From Pirellula staleyi DSM 6068 (GTDB lineage: Bacteria > Planctomycetota > Planctomycetia > Pirellulales > Pirellulaceae): a DNA stretch of 32,000 bases. A model generated the notes under the pieces. It made no database searches. It saw only the letters and a list, made by a program, of their open reading frames with translations, and was not told the origin of the DNA. The position numbers and the translations under genes were made by a program. Where the stretch lies: NCBI GenBank assembly GCA_000025185.1, contig CP001848.1, positions 420,001 to 452,000 on the forward strand. Direction: 5' to 3'. How positions within the stretch are numbered: the first letter of the stretch is position 1; each line of letters opens with the position of its first letter. This document shows positions 18,204 to 27,078 of this stretch, piece by piece.

Positions 18204-20363
18204 ATGAAACCCACTGCTCTTTGGTTCGCAACCTTTGTGTTCTGGCTCGCTTCGCTCGCTAGTGCCACGTCCCTCGCTCAAGTAACAGGTCCGATGAAAC
18301 TCACGTATCCTGCGACTCTTCGAACCGATCATGTCGACACCTATCACGGCGAGCCAATCGCCGATCCCTATCGCTGGCTCGAAGACCCCGACTCGGCGGA
18401 AACCAAGGCCTGGGTGGATGCCCAAAGCGAAGTCACTCGCGGCTATCTGGACACAATTGCTGCCCGCACGGCAATCCGCGCTAAGCTCGAAAAGATCTGG
18501 AATTTTGAGCGGTTTGGCTTGCCTGTAAAACGTGAGCATCGCTATTTCTACTCGCGCAACGATGGCCTCCAGAATCAGTCGGTGATCTATACCAAGCTGG
18601 GGCTCGATGGCGAGCCGCGCATGCTGCTCGATCCCAACACACTGAGTAAAGATGGAACCGTCGCCCTCTCGGACTGGACTGCCACCGACGATGGCAAACT
18701 GATGGCTGTCGGGATTTCAAGCGCCGGTAGTGACTGGACCGAGTACAAAGTGCTCGACGTCGAAACAGGAAAGTTTCTCGACGACCATTTGAAGTGGATC
18801 AAGTTCTCCGGCGCTAGCTGGACCAACGACGGAAGCGGATTCTTTTACAGCCGCTATGACGAGCCGGAACCAGGGACCACCTTCACCGGAGCGAACCACT
18901 ATCAGAAGCTTTATTTCCACAAGCTCGGAGATCCGCAGTCGAGTGACACGCTGATCTACAAGCGGGACGATGAAAAGGAATGGGGCTTTGGTGGCGATGT
19001 CTCGGAAGATGGAAAACTGCTTCTCATTTCCGTTTGGAAAGGGACTCTTCGCAAGCAGCAGCTGTTTGTGAAGCGGCTGGATGTTGCGGATGCTCCTGTG
19101 CAGCAGCTCATCACCGGTTTCGACGCCGAGTATCACGCCATTGGCAACATGGGAGATACGCTGCTGGTTTACACCACGCTCGATGCTCCTCTAGGACGCG
19201 TGATCGCCTGCAACATCAATAACCCCGCACGAAACTCCTGGAAAGAAGTGATTCCGCAGTCGAACGAGCCACTCAAGGGAGTGGGCTACGTCGGCGGGCA
19301 GCTCATCGCCCATTATCTGAAAGATGCGATCAGCGTGGTGCGGCGATTTCAGACCGACGGAACGCTGATCGGCGATGTCGAGCTTCCCGGCATTGGCTCA
19401 GCAGGTGGTTTCGGTGGTCGAAGCGATGCGACCGAAACCTTTTTCACATTCACCAATTATGTGACCCCCGCTTCGATCTATCGACTCGACTTGGCAACAG
19501 GCAAAAGCACGCTGTTTCAGACACCCAAGGTCGACTTCGATCCCTCGAAGTACGAAACAAAGATGGTGCAGGTGCCGAGCAAAGATGGCACGCTGGTGCC
19601 GATGACCATCGTCCACAAGAAGGGACTGGTGCTCGATGGCACCAATCCGACAACGCTGTATGCCTACGGCGGGTTCAACATTCCGCTGACACCTGGGTTC
19701 TCGGTCAGCACAGCAGTTTGGCTCGAGATGGGTGGCATTTATGCAGCCGCCGGTTTGCGCGGTGGTGGCGAGCGTGGTGAGGCGTGGCACGAAGCGGGGA
19801 TGCTCGATCGCAAGCAAAACGTGTTCGACGATTTCCACGCTTGTGCCGAGTGGCTGATCAAGGAGAAGTACACCAGCCCCAAGAAGCTGGCGATTCGAGG
19901 AGGGAGCAACGGTGGTCTGCTCGTCGGTGCCGCGATGACACAGCGTCCCGAACTCTATGGCGCGTGCGTACCTGCGGTCGGTGTGCTCGATATGCTCCGC
20001 TTTCACCAGTTCACCATCGGCTGGGCATGGGTGAGCGAGTATGGCAGCAGCGCCGACGCGGAGCAGTACAAAGTGCTGAAAGCCTATTCGCCGCTGCACA
20101 ACCTGAAGCCCGGTACAGCCTATCCACCCACGCTGGTGATGACCGGCGATCACGACGACCGGGTCGTACCGGCTCACAGCTTTAAGTTTGCTGCGGAACT
20201 TCAGCATGCTCATGCGGGGGACGCTCCGGTTTTGATCCGAATCGAGAAGAGTGCCGGGCACGGGGCCGGAACCCCCACCAGCAAGCTCATCGATTCGGCA
20301 GCCGACGTCTTGGCGTTCCTCCACAAAGCACTGGCGATGCCCGACCAGCCTTTTGGTGATTAA
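18204..20363 (+). CDS. Prolyl oligopeptidase (S9A serine peptidase), secreted
   Basis: HGEPIADPYRWLED, catalytic GGSNGGLL, GDHDDRV and AGHGAG. The signal peptide MKPTALWFATFVFWLASLASATSLA starts at ATG 18204. Confidence 0.92.
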   Translation: MKPTALWFATFVFWLASLASATSLAQVTGPMKLTYPATLRTDHVDTYHGEPIADPYRWLEDPDSAETKAWVDAQSEVTRGYLDTIAARTAIRAKLEKIWNFERFGLPVKREHRYFYSRNDGLQNQSVIYTKLGLDGEPRMLLDPNTLSKDGTVALSDWTATDDGKLMAVGISSAGSDWTEYKVLDVETGKFLDDHLKWIKFSGASWTNDGSGFFYSRYDEPEPGTTFTGANHYQKLYFHKLGDPQSSDTLIYKRDDEKEWGFGGDVSEDGKLLLISVWKGTLRKQQLFVKRLDVADAPVQQLITGFDAEYHAIGNMGDTLLVYTTLDAPLGRVIACNINNPARNSWKEVIPQSNEPLKGVGYVGGQLIAHYLKDAISVVRRFQTDGTLIGDVELPGIGSAGGFGGRSDATETFFTFTNYVTPASIYRLDLATGKSTLFQTPKVDFDPSKYETKMVQVPSKDGTLVPMTIVHKKGLVLDGTNPTTLYAYGGFNIPLTPGFSVSTAVWLEMGGIYAAAGLRGGGERGEAWHEAGMLDRKQNVFDDFHACAEWLIKEKYTSPKKLAIRGGSNGGLLVGAAMTQRPELYGACVPAVGVLDMLRFHQFTIGWAWVSEYGSSADAEQYKVLKAYSPLHNLKPGTAYPPTLVMTGDHDDRVVPAHSFKFAAELQHAHAGDAPVLIRIEKSAGHGAGTPTSKLIDSAADVLAFLHKALAMPDQPFGD

Positions 20364-20415
20364 ACTAGTAGCGGCGACCTGCCCAGCTGCGGTCGACCGC
20401 AGTATGTCACCGAGG

Positions 20416-20469
20416 CTTGCCTCGAAACTAGCTCAGCCCCGGGGCTCATGCTGGCCTCAGGCAAGTTTT
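20416..20469 (+). terminator. Compound hairpin followed by TTTT, downstream of the peptidase gene
   Basis: CTTGCCT (20416-20422) pairs with AGGCAAG (20459-20465), enclosing the AGCCCCGGGGCT palindrome, followed by TTTT (20466-20469). A separate 16-bp palindrome CTGCGGTCGACCGCAG lies at 20387-20402. Confidence 0.4.
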
Positions 20470-20782
20470 GAGGAATAACTGGGTACTCGGGGGGCGAAAA
20501 ATTCATCCGTCCCGCGTCTTTCGCAAGGCGCTGCGGCAACTTCTTCCCCCCTCAAAAAAATTCCAACTCGCAGAACCGCGAGATTTTACGATTCCTTTTG
20601 GTTTTCCCACCGCAGTGGCGGGCTATTTTCCACAGCTAAGGTGGTCAGCCGAAAATATTTCGGTTATCTTACTACACACCTTAGGGGACACATCCCCAGG
20701 GTGTTCGTCGAACCTCCTCGTGCAATGAAGCATGGGTTTGAACGGGTAACGGCCCGCTACGCTGGAGCAAAGGTGTCTCGGA

Positions 20783-21073
20783 ATGGTCAATAAAGCGCAT
20801 ACGGCGACGGCCCGCCGGATTGCGGCACGGTATAACGCAACCTTCTCTCCTAATGGACCTTACGACATTGTTGGTGCCGACATTACGATCGAAATCGAAA
20901 CCTCGGCCACCCTTGCCGAAGGGGTCGAGCGGCTGCAGGGAGCCCAAGGAGCTCGCTATATCGCTGTGACAAACAAGGAAGCGATTGTGGAAGCCATGCG
21001 GTTGACCGCCGGAAGCGGCATCGGCGTTATGGATCCCAACGGCGAAATCATGAAGCAAGCCGGAAACGGCTAG
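20783..21073 (+). CDS. Hypothetical 96-aa protein
   Basis: ATG start, coding-like codon usage, and a balanced composition (..GPYDIVGADITIEIETSATLAEGVERL..ARYIAVTNKEAIVEAM..). There is a faint resemblance to PD-(D/E)xK cores (D..ExE, no Lys), which I cannot confirm. This is the only plausible ORF in a 970-bp gap. Confidence 0.45.
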   Translation: MVNKAHTATARRIAARYNATFSPNGPYDIVGADITIEIETSATLAEGVERLQGAQGARYIAVTNKEAIVEAMRLTAGSGIGVMDPNGEIMKQAGNG

Positions 21074-21336
21074 CCTCCTGCGCCCTCTCGCTGAGCCGGC
21101 TAGCAGCATCGCCGATGTACCTTGCCGTAGCACAGCAGCGTTGACGGACGATTCAGCACCGCACTCTGCCACGCGCCGAGCCAACCGGAAACGATTGTAA
21201 AATCCGGCCCAAGTTTCCCTTGCATTGGCGACAAAAATCTTTCCCAATAGAGGGGTCGATGGATGGCTTCCGTCCGCCGAATTGCCGGGAAGCCTCGAAA
21301 CCCTCTTGAAGGCGCGATTCCGCGTGCGGTGCAGCG

Positions 21337-22749
21337 ATGCCACAGCCTGTGAACTCTCTTGAACGTCACGCAAGAACTCAGCTCGTCGACACACTAACGA
21401 GCCGCGGAATCGACCGCCGCACACTTCTCAAAGCGGCCAGTTTGGGCCTTCTCGGCTGGTCGCAGAGCGGCTGGCTGAGTCACTGGAACAACCTTCGCGC
21501 TGAAGAACCGTCGGCAATCACCAGCCCGCCCCCCAAACGCCACTGCATTCTCCTCTGGATGACCGGCGGGCCAACACAAACCGACACGTTCGACATGAAG
21601 CCCGATCACGCCAATGGTGGCGAGTTCAAACCAGCGTCGACGAAAGTGCCGGGGCTGGTCTTCAGTGAGCATCTTCCCAAACTCGCGGCCCAGGCCGATC
21701 GCTTGGCAATCGTGCGGAGCCTCAGCACCAAAGAGGGAGACCATGGCCGTGGCACCCACTTGATGCGGACCGGTCACCCACCAACCGGCCCGGTGCAATA
21801 TCCGAGCATCGTTTCGTCGCTGGGCAAATCCCTGGCCGAGGTCGACAGCGAAATCCCCCGCAGCGTGAGCATCTCGCCGTATCGCATTTTCAACCAAGCC
21901 GCCTTTGGACCAGGCTTCTTAGGGCCCCGCTATGCGCCGCTCACGGTCGCAGCTGCCGACAGTCCAACCGCTACGCCGATGACCGACAGCGCGTATGCTG
22001 AGCTCACCGTCGACGATCTGGCGGCTCCCGCTGGCATCAGCCTCGAGCGACAAGCGCGTCGCGCCGAACTTTGGCGCAGCACCCAGTCGCGGTTTAGCAA
22101 AACGCATCCCGGCACCGCTGCCGTCGCTCATCAAACGGTCGTCGAGCGGGCACTCAGCCTGATGACAAGCAAAGCTTCGCGCGCCTTCGATCTCGCGGAA
22201 GAGCCCTCGAAAGTGCGCGATGCCTATGGAACAGGTCGGTTTGGTCAGGGGTGCCTGATGGCGCGACGACTCATCGAGCAAGGGGTCTCGATGGTCGAGG
22301 TGACACTCGGATTCGACCAAGGCAATCAGCTCGGCTGGGATACCCATGCCGGCAACTTCGAAGCGGTAAAACGCCTGTCCGCACAGCTCGATCAAGGCTG
22401 GTCGACCCTCATGACCGAACTCGACGAGCGTGGGCTTCTCGAATCAACCACCATCCTCTGGATGGGCGAGTTCGGTCGCACTCCCACCATCAACCCACAA
22501 GCAGGGCGCGACCACTTCCCCGCTGCCTGGAGTTGCGTGCTTGCTGGCGGCGGCATCAAGGGTGGCCAAGCCTATGGAAAGACCTCCGACGACGGGAACG
22601 AGGTGGTAGAAGGAAAGGTCGACGTCGGCGATATCCTCGCCACCTTCGCCACCGCTGCTGGCATCAATCCCACCAACGAAAACATCAGCGACCAAGGCCG
22701 CCCTATCAAAATCGCCGAAGGCAAACCGATCAACGACATTCTTAGCTAG
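21337..22749 (+). CDS. DUF1501 domain protein (Tat-exported); no adjacent DUF1549/DUF1553 partner
   Basis: 470 aa. Tat signal GIDRRTLLKAASLGLLG. Also ILLWMTGGPTQTDTFDMKP, TKEGDHGRG and WMGEFGRTPTINPQAGRDHFP. Confidence 0.9.
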   Translation: MPQPVNSLERHARTQLVDTLTSRGIDRRTLLKAASLGLLGWSQSGWLSHWNNLRAEEPSAITSPPPKRHCILLWMTGGPTQTDTFDMKPDHANGGEFKPASTKVPGLVFSEHLPKLAAQADRLAIVRSLSTKEGDHGRGTHLMRTGHPPTGPVQYPSIVSSLGKSLAEVDSEIPRSVSISPYRIFNQAAFGPGFLGPRYAPLTVAAADSPTATPMTDSAYAELTVDDLAAPAGISLERQARRAELWRSTQSRFSKTHPGTAAVAHQTVVERALSLMTSKASRAFDLAEEPSKVRDAYGTGRFGQGCLMARRLIEQGVSMVEVTLGFDQGNQLGWDTHAGNFEAVKRLSAQLDQGWSTLMTELDERGLLESTTILWMGEFGRTPTINPQAGRDHFPAAWSCVLAGGGIKGGQAYGKTSDDGNEVVEGKVDVGDILATFATAAGINPTNENISDQGRPIKIAEGKPINDILS

Positions 22750-22799
22750 TATCCTCAGTTGGAACCTCCCTTACACACCCACCTACTGTGATGGGTGGC

Positions 22800-22822
22800 A
22801 CTGCTGGCTTGTCCAGCAGTGA
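22800..22822 (+). terminator. 9-bp stem hairpin CACTGCTGG-CTTGT-CCAGCAGTG, 50 nt after the DUF1501 stop
   Basis: Perfect complementarity, read directly. No T tract follows. Confidence 0.35.
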
Positions 22823-22934
22823 AACGTAGAGCAGACTCCTGTCTACCTAACTGCATTACAGTATCCAAGACTGACTTCTCCATCTCCTATGAATACTCAC
22901 GCTAAACGCCTCGCCTCTCCAATCTAAACCGCTA

Positions 22935-23108
22935 ATGTCACTCCGCGACACTACTTCTCTCCGCACACCCCATCCACCCCACCGAGGCTGGTTCGACTAT
23001 TTCCTGCAGCATTTCTTCGGCCGACTCCCCTACTCAATTCTGTTCACGATACTCACGCTGATCGCCATCGCATTTTTGTTTCGGATTGTTTCCTGGCTTA
23101 CAATCTAA
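22935..23108 (+). CDS. Possible 57-aa single-pass membrane peptide (below the ORF-track size cut-off)
   Basis: My manual translation: MSLRDTTSLRTPHPPHRGWFDYFLQHFFGRLPYSILFTILTLIAIAFLFRIVSWLTI*. It has a C-terminal hydrophobic helix. I saw no clear SD, and it sits at the low-GC transition. Confidence 0.3.
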   Translation: MSLRDTTSLRTPHPPHRGWFDYFLQHFFGRLPYSILFTILTLIAIAFLFRIVSWLTI

Positions 23109-23189
23109 ATAGCGTCACCCAGCGACCACCTTGCAACACTCCTTCAGCCTCCTGTTTTTTCATACACAACATTTTTGATAAGACGTGCC

Positions 23190-23654
23190 ATGGCCCCTGA
23201 AGATGAAAAAGCACGAATTGCTTCGATTGAAGAATTCTTTGAAGACAATGGCTTTAGTGACAAAGCAGCGGCCAAGAACACCTTTATCAAGCACATCAAA
23301 AAGAAGTGTGGCAAAGTGGGAGCCCACATTAAGGTTGAGTTCGCTACCAAAGACCTCGAACGATTTACAATTCACGGCACTGTTCGGCTCAAGGAAGATG
23401 CCAGCAAACTAGCCCGCACAAGCGACGAAGAAGCGGTAGGCCGAGCCATCTGGGTCTATAGCAACAAAACCTGTCGCTCTCCCCAAGAATGGAAATGGTG
23501 GTTTAAGGAAGGTGATGTCACCTTTCAGGAACTCAAAAAGTTCTGCCGTGTTCTGGCTGCAGAAGTGGCCGAGTGGGAGTATGAGATCGAAAAGCTGAAA
23601 GACTGCATCTGCAAAACCACCAAAGGTGCCACCAAGATCAGCAGTATCGCGTAA
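23190..23654 (+). CDS. Hypothetical 154-aa K/E-rich soluble protein (low GC)
   Basis: The ATG at 23190 is in frame with the track ORF (whose 23175 start is TTG). MAPEDEKARIASIEEFFEDNGF... I recognised no motif. A 60-nt sample gave about 42% GC. Confidence 0.55.
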   Translation: MAPEDEKARIASIEEFFEDNGFSDKAAAKNTFIKHIKKKCGKVGAHIKVEFATKDLERFTIHGTVRLKEDASKLARTSDEEAVGRAIWVYSNKTCRSPQEWKWWFKEGDVTFQELKKFCRVLAAEVAEWEYEIEKLKDCICKTTKGATKISSIA

Positions 23655-23692
23655 TGGTGTCCGTGGATTTGTCATCACTCCACGAGGTAGTA

Positions 23693-23723
23693 GCGCTGCC
23701 CTAAGCGATCGGTGAGGCAGCGC
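23693..23723. terminator. 8-bp stem hairpin GCGCTGCC-N15-GGCAGCGC spanning the stop codon of the NYN-like gene, between convergent genes
   Basis: Read directly. The loop contains the CTA (TAG) stop at 23701-23703. Confidence 0.3.
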
Positions 23724-24444
23724 ACTCAGGAAGCGCATACGACAGCTTATTTTCGCTCTCCACCACCCAGCCTTTTTTCTGGAGAGCTTTGAGCAACATT
23801 TGCAGCTTATCTTCAGCAAGTTGCTTCTGAAACAGAGCGTGGACGAGACTGTGCAGTCGCTTCATGGTCCGAGGTCGGGACGCACCATACTGTCTGAGTT
23901 TGTCTGCCACGATTTCCAAGCGTTCGTCATCCGTTGTGGCACGAGCAGCTTTCAACAAGGGAATCTCTTGAAGGCTCGTCCACCTCTGCGCGGCGATCTT
24001 CTTACTGCGAAGATGGGTGATCAGCGGATCAAACCCCTGGTCTTTCGACACAAAATGGAAATATCCAGTCGGGTCTTGCGCTACAAGCTGCCCCACATAG
24101 AAGGCGATGTGAAAGTCTAAAGCATTGCTTCCGGTGCTGGTAATTTTGACATACTCACCACGAGAACCCAACTTATGCATCGAGGCTGCGAGTTCGAACG
24201 ACAGCTTCGATTGATTCGCTCCGATAAACAGCAGCACCTTGAAATGCTCTGCGTCGAGCCCATTCAAGTTGCTTGGCTGAACATTCTCGAAATCGATCAA
24301 GACATGTTGGATTCGCAATGCCGCGCTACCTCCCCGAATACGCTCGCGCCGAACTAACTGCGCAAAGGCCCCGGAGAAATGTGCGCAGTACCTCTTGAAG
24401 CGTAGTTCAAAGACGGCCCGAAGGGAGTAAAACGCCGCCTGCAA
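23701..24444 (-). CDS. NYN/PIN-like (LabA-like) nuclease-domain protein with a C-terminal winged-helix (OST-HTH-like) domain
   Basis: VLIDFENVQP, TSTGSNALDFHIAFYVG and HFVSKDQGFDPLITHL follow the acidic-residue pattern of NYN/LabA-like domains. The C-terminal 70 aa (LEIVADKLRQYGASRPRTMKRLHSLVHALF..LLKALQKKGWVV) look like a wHTH. There is no ATG in the N-terminal part: the track start at 24444 is TTG, and a TTG at 24318 preceded by GGGGAGG (10-nt spacer) is a more credible start. Confidence 0.6.
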   Translation of the reverse strand: MQAAFYSLRAVFELRFKRYCAHFSGAFAQLVRRERIRGGSAALRIQHVLIDFENVQPSNLNGLDAEHFKVLLFIGANQSKLSFELAASMHKLGSRGEYVKITSTGSNALDFHIAFYVGQLVAQDPTGYFHFVSKDQGFDPLITHLRSKKIAAQRWTSLQEIPLLKAARATTDDERLEIVADKLRQYGASRPRTMKRLHSLVHALFQKQLAEDKLQMLLKALQKKGWVVESENKLSYALPECAASPIA

Positions 24445-24534
24445 AAACCGGCCAGCCAGCGATTTATCAGCCGCACAATCACTACATTCCGCTCACGCAA
24501 CCCAGCGATTTGCAGCGATGCGATCGACGCAAGG

Positions 24535-25464
24535 CTACTTTTTGGTGCGGTCTACAATCGCTCCGCTGGTGAGCGTATCAGCCGAGGGTTTAACGCCGGG
24601 ATAGTCGCGCCAGAGCCAACGGAAAGCGGCCGGAAGGCGGACGCCCCCATGCTTGCCATTGTGGCCCCCGTCGCCGAATTCGTAGACATAGTCATAGCCT
24701 GCAAAAGCAAGCGACTTGGCCATCTGCTGATTCGCGAGCGGCCAGTGGCCGAACAGATTGTCGAGATCGCCCGAGCCATCTTGCAGATAGACGCGCAGCG
24801 GCTTCTTCTCGGTCTTGCGAATCCAGGCGTGATAGTTGTGACCTTCCTGAATGTTGGTGAAGCTCCCCACGTGGCTCACCACTTTGCGGAACGAATCGGG
24901 ACGCTCCCAGGCCACGGTGAACGCGCAAATTCCTCCGCTGCTGATCCCGCAAATCCCCCGCCCTTCCGGATCTTTCGTGATGCTGTATTTCTTCTCAACT
25001 TCGGGGAGGATCTCTTCATGCAAAAAACGGGCGTACTGATCGCCAAGCCGATCGTATTCAAAGCTGCGATTCTTTCGCGACTTGCCGCCAGGGGCTGCTG
25101 CGGGAACTTCCCCCGGCGCGACAAACACCCCAATCGTCACCGGCATAGCTTCCTTGTGAATGAGGTTGTCCATCACAATCGTGGCACGAAACTGCCCATC
25201 TTCCTTGGCGTAGCTCATCCCATCTTGAAACACCATCAAGCAGGCTGGCTTGCTCGCATCGTACTGAGCCGGCACATACACCCAATACTTACGCTCGGTG
25301 CCGGGATAAACCTTCGACGCGTTCCACTCAAACGCTTCGAGTTTTCCTTGCGGCACCCCCTCGTGTCGCTGCGATTCCTCACCCAGTACGTAGTCGTCAG
25401 CAGCCGACACCACAGAGGGGATCAGCAGCGATCCAATCGCTAGCAGCAAAGCAAACGTTTTCAT
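24535..25464 (-). CDS. Secreted esterase family protein (alpha/beta hydrolase, esterase D/enterochelin-esterase-like)
   Basis: Signal peptide MKTFALLLAIGSLLIPSVVSA, nucleophile elbow GISSGGICAF, and a C-terminal GGHNG. GC looks core-like. Confidence 0.85.
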   Translation of the reverse strand: MKTFALLLAIGSLLIPSVVSAADDYVLGEESQRHEGVPQGKLEAFEWNASKVYPGTERKYWVYVPAQYDASKPACLMVFQDGMSYAKEDGQFRATIVMDNLIHKEAMPVTIGVFVAPGEVPAAAPGGKSRKNRSFEYDRLGDQYARFLHEEILPEVEKKYSITKDPEGRGICGISSGGICAFTVAWERPDSFRKVVSHVGSFTNIQEGHNYHAWIRKTEKKPLRVYLQDGSGDLDNLFGHWPLANQQMAKSLAFAGYDYVYEFGDGGHNGKHGGVRLPAAFRWLWRDYPGVKPSADTLTSGAIVDRTKK

Positions 25465-25725
25465 GGTAGTAGCTCAGGTGGGAGAGGTCAGCCGGTTGTG
25501 GCTCCGCAAACCGTGCGGGCCGGGACCACGAGTCTAGCTCAGCCGAATAGGGATGGCTAGTTCGCTCCTATTGGCTAGCATCGGCAGTGGGATCGAGCGG
25601 ATCCGACTCTTTGGCAACTCCAGTTGCACGTCGATACCGATACCGCTTGTCCGTATGCTTTTCAGCTTCGAGATCAATCAATTGACTCCAACGTTTCCAG
25701 ACCCTGAGCAACTCGCCTTTTTCAT

Positions 25726-25751
25726 TAGGTCAGGCACCCCGTACCTGACAA
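25726..25751 (-). repeat. REP-like palindromic element, inverted orientation (loop CCC)
   Basis: TAGGTCAGGCACCCCGTACCTGACAA matches the reverse complement of the 28-mer consensus at 24 of 25 aligned bases. Confidence 0.8.
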
Positions 25752-25845
25752 TGTTCTAAACTATCGCCAAAGGGTGACCATGACTGCAACCTTAACATAC
25801 GGCAATATCGGTCACGCAATCTCGTGCATGCAACCATACGAAGAG

Positions 25846-25873
25846 TGTCTGGTACGGAGTACCTGATCTAGTT
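25846..25873 (+). repeat. REP-like palindromic element, diverged copy
   Basis: TGTCTGGTACGGAGTACCTGATCTAGTT matches the consensus at 22/28 bases. It retains the GGTAC-GGA-GTACC hairpin and ends 3 nt from the LRR gene stop codon. Confidence 0.65.
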
Positions 25874-25875
25874 CC

Positions 25876-27078
25876 TCACCAGCGAATAATAATCACTCTT
25901 TTTAAGGTTGCTAGAAAGATTCTTGAAGCAACATTTTCACTGATATGCTCCGCGCTGCAATAGATGGTGGAGATATCCTTAAGCCTTGCGGCGGTTATAA
26001 TCCCATCGTCTGAAAGAGAACACCCCTCCACGTCCAAGGATTTCAGATTCTGGCAAGTGCGCACAATTACGTCGACAGCATTGTTAGTAAGATCTGGATT
26101 GTTTCGAAGGCTAAGCTGAGTCAACATCTCGATGCTCGGCAAGGCGGACAGAAGATCATCGCTGACACCACAGCTTATCAACCTCAACGCCTTCAGCTTT
26201 GGCAGTCTAGTGAGAGCCCGAAGATGATCAGGCTTAAGTTCAATTTCCTCAAGAGTCAAGGTCGCAAGATCAGGAAGCTTGTCACCCCAGTACGATATGT
26301 TCGCAGCCGATACAGATTCTCCTTTAATTCTGAGCGTTTTTAGCGAGTGTATCAGAGCGATTGAAGAAAGGCTCGATTCATCGAAATCACACGAATCGAC
26401 TGTAAGCCTATCGATTTTCAGATCACCAACTGAAGCTAGACATTCCTCGCCCACTTCGCACTTAATAACTTGGATAGAGGACAGAGCGTCGCATCCGCTG
26501 AGGTGTTGCACGCTATCAACCCTCATTCCTTCGAGAATTAAATTCTTCAGCGATTTGCACTTACCCAAATTGACCAACACCGGACTGTTGACGGACTTGA
26601 CGCTACACTGTCGAATGGAAAACAAGAGTAAATTCGCTGCACCCAGCTCAAAGGGCTTTTCGGAATTAATACGGCACTGACTTAAGTAGAGGTGCGTCAC
26701 CCTCCAGTTCTTTGCTTGCTTTCCAAGCGACTCGCTATCCAAATCGCAACTCTCGCAGTGAACCTGAGCAGTTCGACCTGCTCCAAGCCAACTGCTCACA
26801 CTTTCAACATTCTTCAGATTGCAATCGATGAACTTCGCAACCAGAAATTTGTCGCTGGCAAGTGCCAGAACACCTTCCTTGGATTGGCAATACCTTCCGA
26901 ATGCATCATTGCGTTCCGTTGAAATGACTAACGTATCATTATCATAGAGATACGTCGCAACATAAAAGTATATCTCCTTTTGTTCGCCAACATCTTCTAT
27001 GGCGAGAGAATCTGAACCGCCTATCAATGCAGGCACTAGCAGAGAGGCCAGACATGCGAATTGCTTCGAGAAAAACAT
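25876..27078 (-). CDS. Secreted leucine-rich repeat protein, cysteine-containing (RNI/FBXL/AMN1-like) LRR subtype; low GC
   Basis: Repeats of about 25 aa, e.g. LKALRLISCGVSDDLLSALPSIEMLTQLSLRNNPDLTNNAVDVIVRTCQNLKSLDVEGCSLSDDGI. Signal-like MFFSKQFACLASLLVPALIGG from ATG 27078 (alternative start 27111). Two 60-nt samples gave 42% and 48% GC. Confidence 0.8.
   Translation of the reverse strand: MFFSKQFACLASLLVPALIGGSDSLAIEDVGEQKEIYFYVATYLYDNDTLVISTERNDAFGRYCQSKEGVLALASDKFLVAKFIDCNLKNVESVSSWLGAGRTAQVHCESCDLDSESLGKQAKNWRVTHLYLSQCRINSEKPFELGAANLLLFSIRQCSVKSVNSPVLVNLGKCKSLKNLILEGMRVDSVQHLSGCDALSSIQVIKCEVGEECLASVGDLKIDRLTVDSCDFDESSLSSIALIHSLKTLRIKGESVSAANISYWGDKLPDLATLTLEEIELKPDHLRALTRLPKLKALRLISCGVSDDLLSALPSIEMLTQLSLRNNPDLTNNAVDVIVRTCQNLKSLDVEGCSLSDDGIITAARLKDISTIYCSAEHISENVASRIFLATLKRVIIIRW

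Noticed and set aside
20429-20436. TAGCTCAG words (also at 25535-25542) resembling a tRNA D-arm, and GGTTCGACT at 22990-22998 resembling a T-loop
   Set aside because: No complementary GAGC D-stem, T-stem or acceptor-stem pairing can be drawn around any of them. They are not tRNA genes or recognisable tRNA fragments.
20681-21424. 247-aa minus-strand ORF spanning the gap and the start of the DUF1501 gene
   Set aside because: It is Arg/Gly/Ser-rich, has no motifs, and overlaps a better plus-strand ORF and the DUF1501 N-terminus. This is the typical stop-poor antisense frame of GC-rich DNA.
23118-24516. 9-mer ACCCAGCGA on both sides of the low-GC two-gene island (23118-23126 and 24508-24516), considered as possible att-type direct repeats
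   Set aside because: Roughly two thousand chance 9-mer pair matches are expected in 32 kb, and the flanks do not extend the match.
25553-25759. 68-aa plus ORF between the esterase and LRR genes
   Set aside because: It ends inside a REP-like copy and has no motif. The region is more plausibly the esterase promoter/leader.
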